A stretch of 64,000 nucleotides of DNA, from positions 576,613 through 640,612 of the forward strand of contig CAWIYR010000002.1 of assembly GCA_963840375.1 (NCBI GenBank), written 5' to 3'. This document shows, piece by piece, positions 37,089 through 46,882 of this stretch. The position numbers and the translations under genes are program-made. Under the pieces are notes generated by a model. That model worked only from the letters and a program-made list of their open reading frames with translations, did not search any database and was not told the DNA's origin. Within the stretch, counting starts at the first letter, position 1; each line of letters opens with the position of its first letter. The stretch comes from an uncultured Chloroflexia bacterium. GTDB lineage: Bacteria > Chloroflexota > Limnocylindria > Limnocylindrales > CSP1-4.

Positions 37089-38407
37089 TGCCACGGATCG
37101 TCCTGGTCGGCGCCGGCAGCGTCGAGTTCACCCGCAACCTGCTCGGCGACATCCTGTCCTACCCGGAGCTGCGCGACGCCGAGATCGTGCTCCACGACAT
37201 CGACCCCGACCGCCTCGCCACCGCCGAGCGGATGGCCCGCTGGACCGCCGACGCGCTCGGTGCTGCCCCCGTGGTGCGCGGCTCCCTCGACCGGCGCGAG
37301 GCGCTCGAGGGAGCGGACTTCGTGATCAACACGATCCAGGTCGGCGGCGCGCGGGCGACGCAGCTCGACTTCGACGTGCCCGGCCGCTACGGGCTTCGCT
37401 ACACGATCAACGACACGATCAACGTCGGCGGTGTCCTCCGCGGCCTGCGCACGATCCCGGTCATGCTGGGCATCGCCGTCGACATGACCGAGGTCTGCCC
37501 GGACGCGCTCTTCCTCAACTACACGAACCCGATGGGGATGCTCGTCCGGGCCGTCGACGAGGCGGTCGGGCTCCCGACGATCGGCCTGTGCCACTCGGTG
37601 TACTGGACCATCGACACGCTGGCCGGCTACCTGGACGTGCCGGCGAGCGAGATCTCGGCCGAGTCGGCCGGGGTCAACCACCTGGCCTGGATCACCCGGC
37701 TCGAGCATCGCGGCGTCGACCTGTACCCCGCCCTGCGGGCGTTCGTCGACGCCGGCCGCGTCCCCGACGAGGACCTCGTCCGGGCGGACCTCTTCCGCCG
37801 CTTCGGCCGCTACCCGACGGAGTCGTCGGAGCACCACGCCGAGTACAACCCCTGGTTCATCCCGAAGGGCGATCTCGTCGAGCGCTTCCACGTCCCGATC
37901 GGCGAGTACCTCGACCGGGTCGCCCACAACCTTGACGAGTACGCCGAGACGAAGCGCCGGCTCGATGCCGGCGAGCCGTTCGAGATCGAGCGCAGCGGCG
38001 AGTACGCCGCGGTGATCGTCCACTCGATGCTGACCGGCGAGCCGTCCCGGATCATGGCCAACGTCCCGAACGACGGCGGCCGCCTCATCCCGAACCTGGC
38101 CGGCGACGCCTGCGTCGAGGTGCCTGCGCTGGTCGATGGACTCGGGGTGCACCCGACCACGGTCGACCCGCTGCCGCCGCAGTGCGCGACGTATACGCGT
38201 CCCGCGGTCGACACCCAGGACCTGACCGTGCGCGCCTCGCTCGGCGAGGATCGCGACCTCATCTACCACGCAGTGATGACCGATCCGATGGTCCAGGCAC
38301 GGCTCACGCTCGACGAGGCCTGGCGGATGACCGACGAGCTCATCGACACGGAGGCGGAGTGGCTGCCGGGCTGGCTCGGCGGCACCGCCCCCGACTGGAT
38401 GTCCTGA
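37088..38407 (+). CDS. Glycoside hydrolase family 4 (NAD+/Mn2+-dependent alpha-glucosidase/alpha-galactosidase type)
   Basis: 439 aa. MPRIVLVGAGSVEFTRNLLGDIL (Rossmann fold), LNYTNPMG, GLCHSV, VNHLAWI. The start overlaps the upstream stop (TGATG). Confidence 0.9.
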   Translation: MPRIVLVGAGSVEFTRNLLGDILSYPELRDAEIVLHDIDPDRLATAERMARWTADALGAAPVVRGSLDRREALEGADFVINTIQVGGARATQLDFDVPGRYGLRYTINDTINVGGVLRGLRTIPVMLGIAVDMTEVCPDALFLNYTNPMGMLVRAVDEAVGLPTIGLCHSVYWTIDTLAGYLDVPASEISAESAGVNHLAWITRLEHRGVDLYPALRAFVDAGRVPDEDLVRADLFRRFGRYPTESSEHHAEYNPWFIPKGDLVERFHVPIGEYLDRVAHNLDEYAETKRRLDAGEPFEIERSGEYAAVIVHSMLTGEPSRIMANVPNDGGRLIPNLAGDACVEVPALVDGLGVHPTTVDPLPPQCATYTRPAVDTQDLTVRASLGEDRDLIYHAVMTDPMVQARLTLDEAWRMTDELIDTEAEWLPGWLGGTAPDWMS

Positions 38408-38423
38408 CCAAGGAGGAATGGCT

Positions 38424-39827
38424 ATGCGCATGATCCGAGTCGCCCCCCGCCCGCGGCCGATGGCCGCGCTCGCATCGACCTTGCTGACCGTGGCCCTGCT
38501 CGCAGCGGCCTGTGGCGGGACCGGCACGTCGGCGAACCCATCGGCATCGACGGCGGCCGTCGACCAGCCCTCGGCGGTCGCGAGCGCGCCTGCGGCCTCC
38601 GGCGCGTCGGTGGCACCGTCCGCCGCCGCGGCCGCCTGCGGGACGTACGCCGGCCCGCCGGCCAAGATCACCTATGCGATGTGGGGCGACACGACCGAGC
38701 TCGCCAACCAGCAGAAGATCGTCGACGCCTTCCAGAAGATGAACCCGAACATCACCGTGAAGGCGACGGTGGCCGACTGGACCACGTACTGGCCCAAGCT
38801 GCAGACTGACCTCGCTGCGGGCAACGCGCCCGACGTATTCCTGATGGACGGGCCCCTGTACCCCGACTACCAGACCCGCGACCAGCTGCTCGACCTCAGC
38901 CCGTACATCGCCAAGGACGGCTTCGACACGGGCCAGCTGGTCGACCTCGCCGTCCAGGACTTCACGGCCCCGGACGGCCACCTCTACGGGCTGCCGCGCG
39001 ACCTGAACACGATCGCCCTGTTCTACAACAAGACGATGTTCGATGCGGCCGGCCTCCCGTACCCGGACGAGACCTGGGACTGGAACAAGCTCCGCGAGGT
39101 CGCGGCAAAGCTCACCAAGACGTCCGGCGGCAAGACCTCGCAGTGGGGCTTCTACACCGAGACGACAGACATGGAGAACTACTGGTCGTCGCTCGTCTGG
39201 CAGGCCGGCGGCGACATCCTCAGCCCGGACAAGAAGACCGTGGCCATCGACACCGAGCAAGCGGCGGCCGGGATCCAGTTCCTCCAGGACCTCATCTACA
39301 AGGACAAGGTGATGGCCCAGCCCGTCGCGAACAGCTCGGGCGATGCGTTCGAGAACGGCCAGGCCGCGATGGAGGCGAACGGCTCCTGGCTGGTCCCCAC
39401 TCACGAGGCAGCGGGCCTCAGCTTCGGCGTGGCGCCCCTCCCGAAGGGGCCGGCCGGGCAGGCGACGTCGGTCAACCCGAGCGGTGTGGTCGCCTTCAAG
39501 GGGACCAAGTCTCCGGACGCGGCCTGGGAGTTCATCAAGTGCTACACGGGCCCGGAGCTGCAGGCGATGGTCGCGTCGCTCAAGGCATCGATGCCGGTCA
39601 ACAAGGAGGTCCTGACCGGCCAGTACGCGACGTCCTTCGACGGCGGCAAGACCTTCGCGGACGCGCTCGCCTATGCCCACCTCAAGCCGTCGTTCAAGGG
39701 TTACGACGAGTTCACCACGACGCTCCAGGACGAGCTGGACGCCAAGGTGTTCAACGACAACCAGTTGACGGCGAAGGCGGCGCTCGACGAGATCACGCCC
39801 GCGCTCCAGAAGCTCCTGGGCCAGTGA
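38424..39827 (+). CDS. Sugar ABC transporter substrate-binding lipoprotein (CUT1 family)
   Basis: ATG 38424 is chosen because it is 7 nt after AGGAGG; the track start at 38418 is too close to the RBS. Lipobox LLAAACGG. Typical family-1 solute-binding protein sequence. Confidence 0.9.
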   Translation: MRMIRVAPRPRPMAALASTLLTVALLAAACGGTGTSANPSASTAAVDQPSAVASAPAASGASVAPSAAAAACGTYAGPPAKITYAMWGDTTELANQQKIVDAFQKMNPNITVKATVADWTTYWPKLQTDLAAGNAPDVFLMDGPLYPDYQTRDQLLDLSPYIAKDGFDTGQLVDLAVQDFTAPDGHLYGLPRDLNTIALFYNKTMFDAAGLPYPDETWDWNKLREVAAKLTKTSGGKTSQWGFYTETTDMENYWSSLVWQAGGDILSPDKKTVAIDTEQAAAGIQFLQDLIYKDKVMAQPVANSSGDAFENGQAAMEANGSWLVPTHEAAGLSFGVAPLPKGPAGQATSVNPSGVVAFKGTKSPDAAWEFIKCYTGPELQAMVASLKASMPVNKEVLTGQYATSFDGGKTFADALAYAHLKPSFKGYDEFTTTLQDELDAKVFNDNQLTAKAALDEITPALQKLLGQ

Positions 39828-39864
39828 ACGCGGCTCCCAGCCGCACCGACGGCGAGGGGCCTGC

Positions 39865-40812
39865 GTGACCTTCCGGACAGGCCTCGGGAGCCCGGTCGCG
39901 GCGGCCCGGATGCCGCGTCGGAGGACCTCGACCCGCCGCGGGCCGCGGGCCCACGAAGGCCGCTGGGTCCTCCTGTTCCTGGCACCGACGCTCATCGGGC
40001 TCGCGGCGCTGTCCGCGGGCCCGATCCTGGCCACGTTCGGGATCAGCCTCACGAAGTGGGACATGCTCACGCCCCCGCAGTTCGTGGGCCTCGACAACTA
40101 CACCAAGCTGCTCGGCGACGACCGGTTCCTCAAGGCGCTGCGCAACACGGTCTTCTACACGATCGTGTCCGTCCCGCTGGGCCTGGCGCTCGCGCTGGGC
40201 CTCGCCACGGCGCTCAACCAGTCGATCCGGGGGATCGCCTGGATCCGGACCGCCTACTTCCTGCCGCTCGTGACCTCGGCGACCGCGATCGCGCTCGTGT
40301 GGCTCTGGATCTACAGCGCGGCCGGCCCCCTCAACGACATCCTCCGGGCGTTCGGGATCCCACCCCAGCGGTGGGTCGCCGACCCCACCCTGGCGATGCC
40401 CTCGATCATCGTGATGAGCGTCTGGCAGGGACTCCCGGCCAACGTCATCATCTTCCTGGCCGGCCTGCAGGCGATCCCGGCCGAGTACTACGACGCCGCC
40501 AGCGTCGACGGCGCCGGGCGCCGGGCCCGATTCCGGTCGATCACGCTGCCGCTGCTCACGCCCTCGATCTTCTTCACCGGGGTGCTGGCGCTCATCGGCG
40601 CCTTCCAGGTGTTCGACCAGGTCTACGTGATGGCGAACCCCGGCAAGCCTGGCGAGGCGACGATCACCCTGGTCTACTTCATCTACGAGGCCGGCTTCCG
40701 CAACTTCAAGATGGGGTACGCGGGCGCCGCCTCGTGGATCATGTTCCTCATCGTTGCCGTCGCCACGATCCTCTACTTCCGGACCCAGGGTCGGTGGGTG
40801 CACTACCAGTGA
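39865..40812 (+). CDS. Sugar ABC transporter permease (MalF/UgpA-like)
   Basis: 315 aa with 6 TM helices. EAA-loop region is YDAASVDGAGRRARFRSITLPLL. Confidence 0.9.
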   Translation: MTFRTGLGSPVAAARMPRRRTSTRRGPRAHEGRWVLLFLAPTLIGLAALSAGPILATFGISLTKWDMLTPPQFVGLDNYTKLLGDDRFLKALRNTVFYTIVSVPLGLALALGLATALNQSIRGIAWIRTAYFLPLVTSATAIALVWLWIYSAAGPLNDILRAFGIPPQRWVADPTLAMPSIIVMSVWQGLPANVIIFLAGLQAIPAEYYDAASVDGAGRRARFRSITLPLLTPSIFFTGVLALIGAFQVFDQVYVMANPGKPGEATITLVYFIYEAGFRNFKMGYAGAASWIMFLIVAVATILYFRTQGRWVHYQ

Positions 40813-40822
40813 GCGGCCCGCG

Positions 40823-41734
40823 GTGACGACGCGTGACATCGAGTCCGGTGGCCGCCGGCGCACCGGGCGCCGATCCGGGCGCAAGCTCGCCCGGCTCGCC
40901 GGGGCGTACCTGGCCCTGATCGCCGGCGGCCTGGCGATGATGATCCCGTTCATCTGGATGCTGACGACGTCCCTCAAGACGCGGGCGGAGGTCTTCTCGA
41001 CCGCGCCGCTCTCGTTCCCGACGGGGCTCCACTGGGACAACTACACGAAGATGTGGTTCGCGATGCCCGGCGTGACCTTCGGGACGTTCTTCGGGAACTC
41101 GATCGTCATCGCGTCGCTGGCCACGCTCGGCCAGCTCATCGCCTGCTCGATGGCCGCGTACGCGTTCGCCGTGTTCGAGTTCCGCGGCAAGCGGGTCCTC
41201 TTCGCCCTGATCCTGGCGACCCTGATCATCCCGTTCCAGATCGTCCTCGTGCCGAACTTCATCCTCTACCGGTATCTCCCGTGGCCCCTGAGCGAGAGCG
41301 GCAACTGGATCGGGACCAACCTGCCGCTCTGGGTCTGGGCGTTCTTCGGTGGAGCCTTCGGGACCTTCCTGCTGCGCCAGTTCTTCCTCACGATCCCGAA
41401 CGAGCTGGCTGACGCCGCCCGCGTCGACGGGGCCAACCCGTGGCAGATCTTCGTGAAGGTCTACGTCCCGCTCGCCAGGCCGGCCCTGGCGACCCTCGCG
41501 ATCTTCCAGTTCATGTGGAGCTGGAACGACCTCCTCGACCCCCTGATCTACCTGCGCGACCTGCCCACCTACACGACCACCGTGGGGCTGGCCTTCTTCC
41601 AGGGCCAGTTCGTGGGCAAGTGGCCGGAGATGATGGCCGGGGCCCTGGTGAGCCTGCTGCCCATGATCGTCCTCTTCGTGATCGCCCAGAAGTACTTCGT
41701 GCGCGGCATCACCCTGTCCGGGCTCAAGGGGTAG
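40823..41734 (+). CDS. Sugar ABC transporter permease (MalG/UgpE-like)
   Basis: GTG 40823 is chosen. EAA-loop region is ADAARVDGANPWQIFVKVYVPLARPAL. Confidence 0.9.
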   Translation: MTTRDIESGGRRRTGRRSGRKLARLAGAYLALIAGGLAMMIPFIWMLTTSLKTRAEVFSTAPLSFPTGLHWDNYTKMWFAMPGVTFGTFFGNSIVIASLATLGQLIACSMAAYAFAVFEFRGKRVLFALILATLIIPFQIVLVPNFILYRYLPWPLSESGNWIGTNLPLWVWAFFGGAFGTFLLRQFFLTIPNELADAARVDGANPWQIFVKVYVPLARPALATLAIFQFMWSWNDLLDPLIYLRDLPTYTTTVGLAFFQGQFVGKWPEMMAGALVSLLPMIVLFVIAQKYFVRGITLSGLKG

Positions 41735-41743
41735 ACGAGCGCG

Positions 41744-42841
41744 GTGGACGAGCCTGGCAGGCGGCCCAACGATCTCCGGCTGGCCGACTTCCAGCCGCGC
41801 TCCCAGCTCAGGACCCGGAGCCACGGAGCCCCCGCCCACCCGTCGTTCCCAGCGATGGACGCCCACAACCACCTCGGCCCGACCCCGTTCTCCGACGGCT
41901 GGGACCGGCGCACCCCGGACGAGCTCGCGGCCGCGCTGGATGCCTCGAACATCGCGGCGATCGTGGACCTCGACGGCGGCTGGGGCGACGCGCTCGGCCG
42001 CGAGCTGGAGCACTGGTCACCGCTCGGCGACCGGGTCGCGGTGTTCTCGGGGCTCGACTACCCGATGTGGACCGAGCGACCCGAGTTCGGGGAGATCGAG
42101 GCGGCCCGGCTGCGCGCTTCCGCCGCCGCGGGCGCGCGCGGCCTGAAGGTCTGGAAGACCCTCGGGCTGCGCGCTCGGGACCCGGCCGGGCGGCTCGTTC
42201 CGGTGGACGATGCGCGGCTCGATCCGTTGTGGGCTGCGGCCGGCGCGCTCCGCCTGCCAGTGACCATCCACGTCGCCGACCCGATCGCGTTCTTCGAGCC
42301 GCTCGACGCGGAGAACGAACGCTACGAGGAGCTGCGGGAGCACCCCGACTGGCACTTCTGGCCGACCCGTCCGCACGGGCGACCGGAACTGGACGGGTTC
42401 CCGCCCTTCGACGAGATCATCGACGGGCTCGAGGCGGTCGTCGCCCGGCACCCCGGGACGACGTTCATCGGGGCGCACGTCGGGTGCGCGGCTGAGGACC
42501 TGGGCCGGGTGGACCGGATGCTCGCCGCGTACCCCAACTGGCACGTGGACATCGCGGCGCGGATCGCCGAGCTGGGACGGCAGCCGTACTCGGCGCGAGA
42601 CCTCATCCTCCGCTGGCCCGACCGGGTCCTGTTCGGGACCGACGCGCCGCCCGACGCGGCCGCCTGGGCGGTGCACGCCCGCTTCCTGGAGACCCGCGAC
42701 GAGTCGTTCCCCTACGACCCGGACGGGGGACCGGGCAGCCAGGGTCGGTGGCAGATCCACGGCCTGGGCCTGCCCGACGCCGTGCTCCGGCTGGTCTACG
42801 CGGATAACGCCCGGCGACTCATCTTCGGCCGAGCTGGATAG
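41744..42841 (+). CDS. Amidohydrolase-family (TIM-barrel metal-dependent hydrolase) protein
   Basis: 365 aa with a GTG start. HxH motif AMDAHNHLG, then VTIHVADP, IGAHVG and LFGTDAP. Confidence 0.8.
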   Translation: MDEPGRRPNDLRLADFQPRSQLRTRSHGAPAHPSFPAMDAHNHLGPTPFSDGWDRRTPDELAAALDASNIAAIVDLDGGWGDALGRELEHWSPLGDRVAVFSGLDYPMWTERPEFGEIEAARLRASAAAGARGLKVWKTLGLRARDPAGRLVPVDDARLDPLWAAAGALRLPVTIHVADPIAFFEPLDAENERYEELREHPDWHFWPTRPHGRPELDGFPPFDEIIDGLEAVVARHPGTTFIGAHVGCAAEDLGRVDRMLAAYPNWHVDIAARIAELGRQPYSARDLILRWPDRVLFGTDAPPDAAAWAVHARFLETRDESFPYDPDGGPGSQGRWQIHGLGLPDAVLRLVYADNARRLIFGRAG

Positions 42842-42920
42842 GCCGCCTCGGGGTCCGAGGATCTCCACGTGCGCCCCATCTCACCGCTGGAGCGCGGGCC
42901 GGGCCGCTACAGTTCCCAGG

Positions 42921-44141
42921 ATGCCAGCCTCGTCACGCCGCCGGGCGCTCATCCTGATCTGCGCGGTCGCGGTCGCCGTGGCCACCAACTACACGATCCA
43001 GGGCCCCGTGCTCGGGTTCATCCGGACCGAGTTCGCCCTCTCCTCGGCCGATGCGGGCATGATCACCACGGCCTACTTCGTCGGTGCGGCGACCACGATG
43101 TTGGCTGGGGGCGCCATCGCCGACCGGATCGGGCCTCGACCCGCGGTCACGCTCGGGTTCCTCCTCGTGACGGTCGGCGCCCTTGGGGCGGGCCTCCTGG
43201 CGCCCACCTTCCCGGCCTTGCTGGCCTGGCGCGTCCTGGGCGGACTCGGGTCGGGCTTCGGCTTCGCTGCCGGCGCGGCGTACGCGAGCTCGATCTTCGA
43301 CGATCGCGGGCGCAACCTCGCCCAGGGCCTCTACGGCGCGTCGTTCCTGCTGGGGTCGGGGATCACCCTGGTCTACATCCCGGTCCTGGCTGGTCCGGCC
43401 GGAGGCTGGCGGCTCGCGTTCACCGTCTCTGCCCTCGCCGTGGCCGCGGTCTGGGTCGCCTGGACGTTCCTCGCTCCCGGCGAGCCCCGCGTGTCCGCCG
43501 CGACGCGCGCGCGAGCCGCCCTCACCCTCGCCCTCCGCAACCGCAACACGTGGCTCCTTGCGCTGTGTCACATGTGTGGCTTCGGTATGGCGATCGTCGT
43601 CGGCACGTGGGTCACCCTCTACCTGGCCGACGCCTTCGGGCTGCCGCTCGCGGCCGCGGGGCTGATCGGCTCGCTGACGCTGGTCACCGGGATCGTCGCC
43701 CGTACCTCCGGGGGCGTCGTCCTTGAGCGCGGAGTGAAGCCGATCAGGCTCATCCGAGCCGGGCTCGCCCTCGCGATCATCGGGCTCGCCACGCTGGCGT
43801 TGGCGCCCACGCTCCCAGTGGCGGTCATCGGGCTCGTCGTGACGGGCCTCGGCGTGGGCTTCCCATACGCGGGTGTCTTCAACGGCGCCGCGGCGAGCGT
43901 GCCGACCGGCCCGGCTTCCGCCCAGGCGATCGTCGGCTGGGGTGGGCTTCTGACGGCGGTCTTCGGCCCGCCCCTGATCGGCACCCTCCTCGACGCGACG
44001 GGCAGCTTCGCCGCGGGCTTCCTTGCCTTCGCCGCCATCGTCTCGGCGGTGCTCGTGACGACGGTGCTCATCCGCCCCTTCGACGTGACCGCGGTGGAGG
44101 TGGGCGCCCCGGACGCCGGCGGCGTCGGGATCGTCATCTGA
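42921..44141 (+). CDS. MFS transporter
   Basis: 406 aa with 12 predicted TM helices. MFS loop motif GGAIADRIGPRP. Confidence 0.85.
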   Translation: MPASSRRRALILICAVAVAVATNYTIQGPVLGFIRTEFALSSADAGMITTAYFVGAATTMLAGGAIADRIGPRPAVTLGFLLVTVGALGAGLLAPTFPALLAWRVLGGLGSGFGFAAGAAYASSIFDDRGRNLAQGLYGASFLLGSGITLVYIPVLAGPAGGWRLAFTVSALAVAAVWVAWTFLAPGEPRVSAATRARAALTLALRNRNTWLLALCHMCGFGMAIVVGTWVTLYLADAFGLPLAAAGLIGSLTLVTGIVARTSGGVVLERGVKPIRLIRAGLALAIIGLATLALAPTLPVAVIGLVVTGLGVGFPYAGVFNGAAASVPTGPASAQAIVGWGGLLTAVFGPPLIGTLLDATGSFAAGFLAFAAIVSAVLVTTVLIRPFDVTAVEVGAPDAGGVGIVI

Positions 44142-44159
44142 GGCACGGCCCGAACGCCG

Positions 44160-45404
44160 TCACTCGGGGCCGGCGTAGGCGCCGGCCGTTTCCGGGAACA
44201 TCGCCTTGACGATCTTGAAGGCCGAGATGTCTGCGGTGGCGTCCATGTGGAGGTAGACCGCGGCGTCGCGGAGGTACTTCTCGATCCCGACGTCGAGCAT
44301 CGCCCCGTGGCCGCCGTGCAGCTCCAGCGCGTCGCGGCAGACGTCGAAGATCTCTTCCGAGGCGAAGACCTTGACCATGTTGCAGAGCTTGTCGGTGTCG
44401 GCAGCGTTCTGGTCCACCGCGCGCGCCGCGTGGTGGAGGAAGGCGCCGACGGCATCCAGCTTGGTGGCCATCCGGGCGAGCCGGAGCGCCACGGCCTGGT
44501 GCTTGATCAGGACCTTTCCGCCCTGGACGTGCTGCTGGACGAAGGTCGCGGTGTCCTCGAATGCGGCGATTCCGGTGCCGAGGTTCTTGGCCGCCTGGAG
44601 GATCTTCCCGGGTCGGAAGTAGACCCCTGCCTTGCCGAGGGCGTCGCCGCGTACCAGGAGGTGGTCCTCGGGCACCCGGCAGTCCTCGAAGACGATCTCG
44701 CCGTTGTTCATGTACCGGCCGCCGATCGTCTCGTTGCAGCGCGTGACGGTCAGTCCCGGGGTGTCGCGCGGTACGAGGAAGCTGCTCGTGCCCTGGAGCA
44801 TCCCGACCGCCGGATCCGTGTTGGCATAGACGACATAGAGCGAGGCGTCGTAGCCATTGCTGATGTACTGCTTGCGGCCGGTGATCGTCCAGTGCCCGTC
44901 GGCGAACGTCGCTCGCGTATCCATGTTCGCCTCGGGGACGTTGTACGGGAGCCAGCGGTCTGACGCCCCCTTCGGCTCGGTCAGGCAGTGGGCCATGAGG
45001 AACGCGGGATCCGCCATGTAGCGGGAGAACCAGCGCGCCTGGAGATGTTCGGGCGCGACGTTCCGCAGAAGCACCGAGACCTTCCAGCCCTGGGCCAGCT
45101 TGTCGGCCAGTCCGGCGTCACCCCGGCCGAGCTCGGTGGCGATCACCGCGAACGTCTGCGCCTCGGTTCCCGCGTCCAGCTCCACGCCGCCGTATGCCTC
45201 GGGCACTCCGAGGCCGCGGAGGCCGGCCCGGTCGGCCTCCTCGAGGATGGTCCTCGGGAGGCGCTCGTCCGGCTCGAAGAGCCATTCTCGTTCGCGGTTC
45301 GCCTTGATGAACGGGATGACGACCCGGTCGACGTATTCGCGTGTCGTCTGCTGCATCAGCCGCTGCTCGGGCGAGAGCTCGAGCTGGCTCATCGACAGGG
45401 TCAT
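44160..45404 (-). CDS. Acyl-CoA dehydrogenase family protein
   Basis: ATG 45404 has GGAGG 8 nt upstream (MTLSMSQLELSPEQRLMQQTTREYV..). The middle reads CLTEPKGASD and the C-terminus reads DALELHGGHG. Confidence 0.85.
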   Translation of the reverse strand: MTLSMSQLELSPEQRLMQQTTREYVDRVVIPFIKANREREWLFEPDERLPRTILEEADRAGLRGLGVPEAYGGVELDAGTEAQTFAVIATELGRGDAGLADKLAQGWKVSVLLRNVAPEHLQARWFSRYMADPAFLMAHCLTEPKGASDRWLPYNVPEANMDTRATFADGHWTITGRKQYISNGYDASLYVVYANTDPAVGMLQGTSSFLVPRDTPGLTVTRCNETIGGRYMNNGEIVFEDCRVPEDHLLVRGDALGKAGVYFRPGKILQAAKNLGTGIAAFEDTATFVQQHVQGGKVLIKHQAVALRLARMATKLDAVGAFLHHAARAVDQNAADTDKLCNMVKVFASEEIFDVCRDALELHGGHGAMLDVGIEKYLRDAAVYLHMDATADISAFKIVKAMFPETAGAYAGPE

Positions 45405-45478
45405 GTCCTTGCCCTCCGGGTCTCCCTGTGTCGAGGCTCGCCTGCTGGTCGGATGCACCGACCCGATCCGCGCGGTGT

Positions 45479-46882
45479 CTACTCCGCAGCCGGGCCGGCC
45501 GGCGCGACTTCCGGTCCGATCCAGATCGTCTGAACGTTCGTGAACTCGCGGATCCCGAACGGCCCGAGCTCGCGTCCCCAGCCGCTCTGCTTCACTCCCC
45601 CGAAGGGCAACCGTGGGTCGGACGCGACCATCCCGTTGACGAAGACCGCGCCGGACTCGATCGTCCGGGCCAGGGCTTCGCCTCGAGCGACGTCGCCGGT
45701 CCAGATGGCGGCACCCAGGCCGTAGTCGGAGCCGTTCGCGACCGCGACCGCCTCCTCGGCGTCCGCGACCCGCCGCACGGCCGCGACCGGACCGAACGTC
45801 TCCTCGGCAAGGACGGGCATCCCATCGCGGACCTCCGCGAGGACGGTCGGCTCGTAGAAGTAGCCTGGCCCCTGCGGTCGCCGGCCGCCGACGAGGATCC
45901 TCGCGCCCTGGCGGACCGACTCCTCGACCTGGCGCTCGAGCGCGTCGCGAAGGTCCGAGCGCGCGAGCGGGCCGACCTGCGTGGCCGGGTCGAGCGGGTC
46001 GCCGAGGCGGAGCGCCCCGACCCCCCGGGCGAACCGCTCCTCGAACTCGTCGGCGATCGGTTCAGCGACGAGAAAGCGTTTCGCCGCGATGCACGACTGC
46101 CCGGTGTTCTGGTTCCGGGCACGGACGGCGGTCGTCGCCGCGGCGGCCACGTCGGCATCGGCGAGGACGATGAACGGGTCCGAGCCGCCGAGCTCGAGCA
46201 CCGTCTTCTTGAGCGCCGATCCGGCGACGGCGGCGACGCGCGCCCCGACGTCGGAGCTGCCGGTCAGGGTCACGGCGCGCACCCGGCGGTCGCGGACCAC
46301 GGGCTCGACGTCGGCCCCACGCAGCAGGAGCGTGCGGAAGAGGCCCGGCGGGAAGCCCGCCTCCTCGAACGCCGAGCCGACCGCCAGAGCGCACTGCGGG
46401 ATGTTCGAGGCGTGCTTGAGGAGCGCGCCGTTGCCAGCCATGAGCGCTGGAGCGGCGAACCGGAGGACCTGCCAGAACGGGTAGTTCCAGGGCATGATCG
46501 CGAGGACCACCCCGAGCGGCTCGTAGGCGACGAGGCTCCGGCTCGCGCTCGTCGCGACGACCTGGTCGCCCAGGAAGTCGGCCGCCTGGTCCGCGTAGAA
46601 CTCGCACGCCCAGGCGCACTTCTCGATCTCGGCGACGGCCTCGGCGATCGGTTTGCCCATCTCGAGCGTGATCAGGCGGCCGTACGCGTCACGTCGGCCG
46701 CGGAGATGCGTCGCCAGCCGGCGCATCGCCGCTCCGCGCTCCGCGAACGAGGTTCGCCGCCAGACCTGCTGGGCCGCGTCGGCCTCGGCGATGGCGGCCT
46801 CCGTCTCGTCCGGCGTGGACGCCGGGAAGGTGGCGAGCAACGCTTCCGTCGCGGGGTTGATCGACTCGAGCCGGTCGGTCAT
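45479..46882 (-). CDS. NAD(P)+-dependent aldehyde dehydrogenase (succinate-semialdehyde dehydrogenase-like)
   Basis: Start at ATG 46882 (MTDRLESINPATEALL..). Catalytic motifs are LELGGSDP and NTGQSCIAAKR, plus PFGGVKQSGWGRE. Confidence 0.9.
   Translation of the reverse strand: MTDRLESINPATEALLATFPASTPDETEAAIAEADAAQQVWRRTSFAERGAAMRRLATHLRGRRDAYGRLITLEMGKPIAEAVAEIEKCAWACEFYADQAADFLGDQVVATSASRSLVAYEPLGVVLAIMPWNYPFWQVLRFAAPALMAGNGALLKHASNIPQCALAVGSAFEEAGFPPGLFRTLLLRGADVEPVVRDRRVRAVTLTGSSDVGARVAAVAGSALKKTVLELGGSDPFIVLADADVAAAATTAVRARNQNTGQSCIAAKRFLVAEPIADEFEERFARGVGALRLGDPLDPATQVGPLARSDLRDALERQVEESVRQGARILVGGRRPQGPGYFYEPTVLAEVRDGMPVLAEETFGPVAAVRRVADAEEAVAVANGSDYGLGAAIWTGDVARGEALARTIESGAVFVNGMVASDPRLPFGGVKQSGWGRELGPFGIREFTNVQTIWIGPEVAPAGPAAE

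Noticed and set aside
37037-40097. Minus-strand ORFs of 544 and 585 aa opposite the GH4 and SBP genes
   Set aside because: These are shadow frames with R/G/D/P-rich composition and no motifs. The plus-strand genes have a Rossmann/GLCHS motif and a lipoprotein signal respectively.
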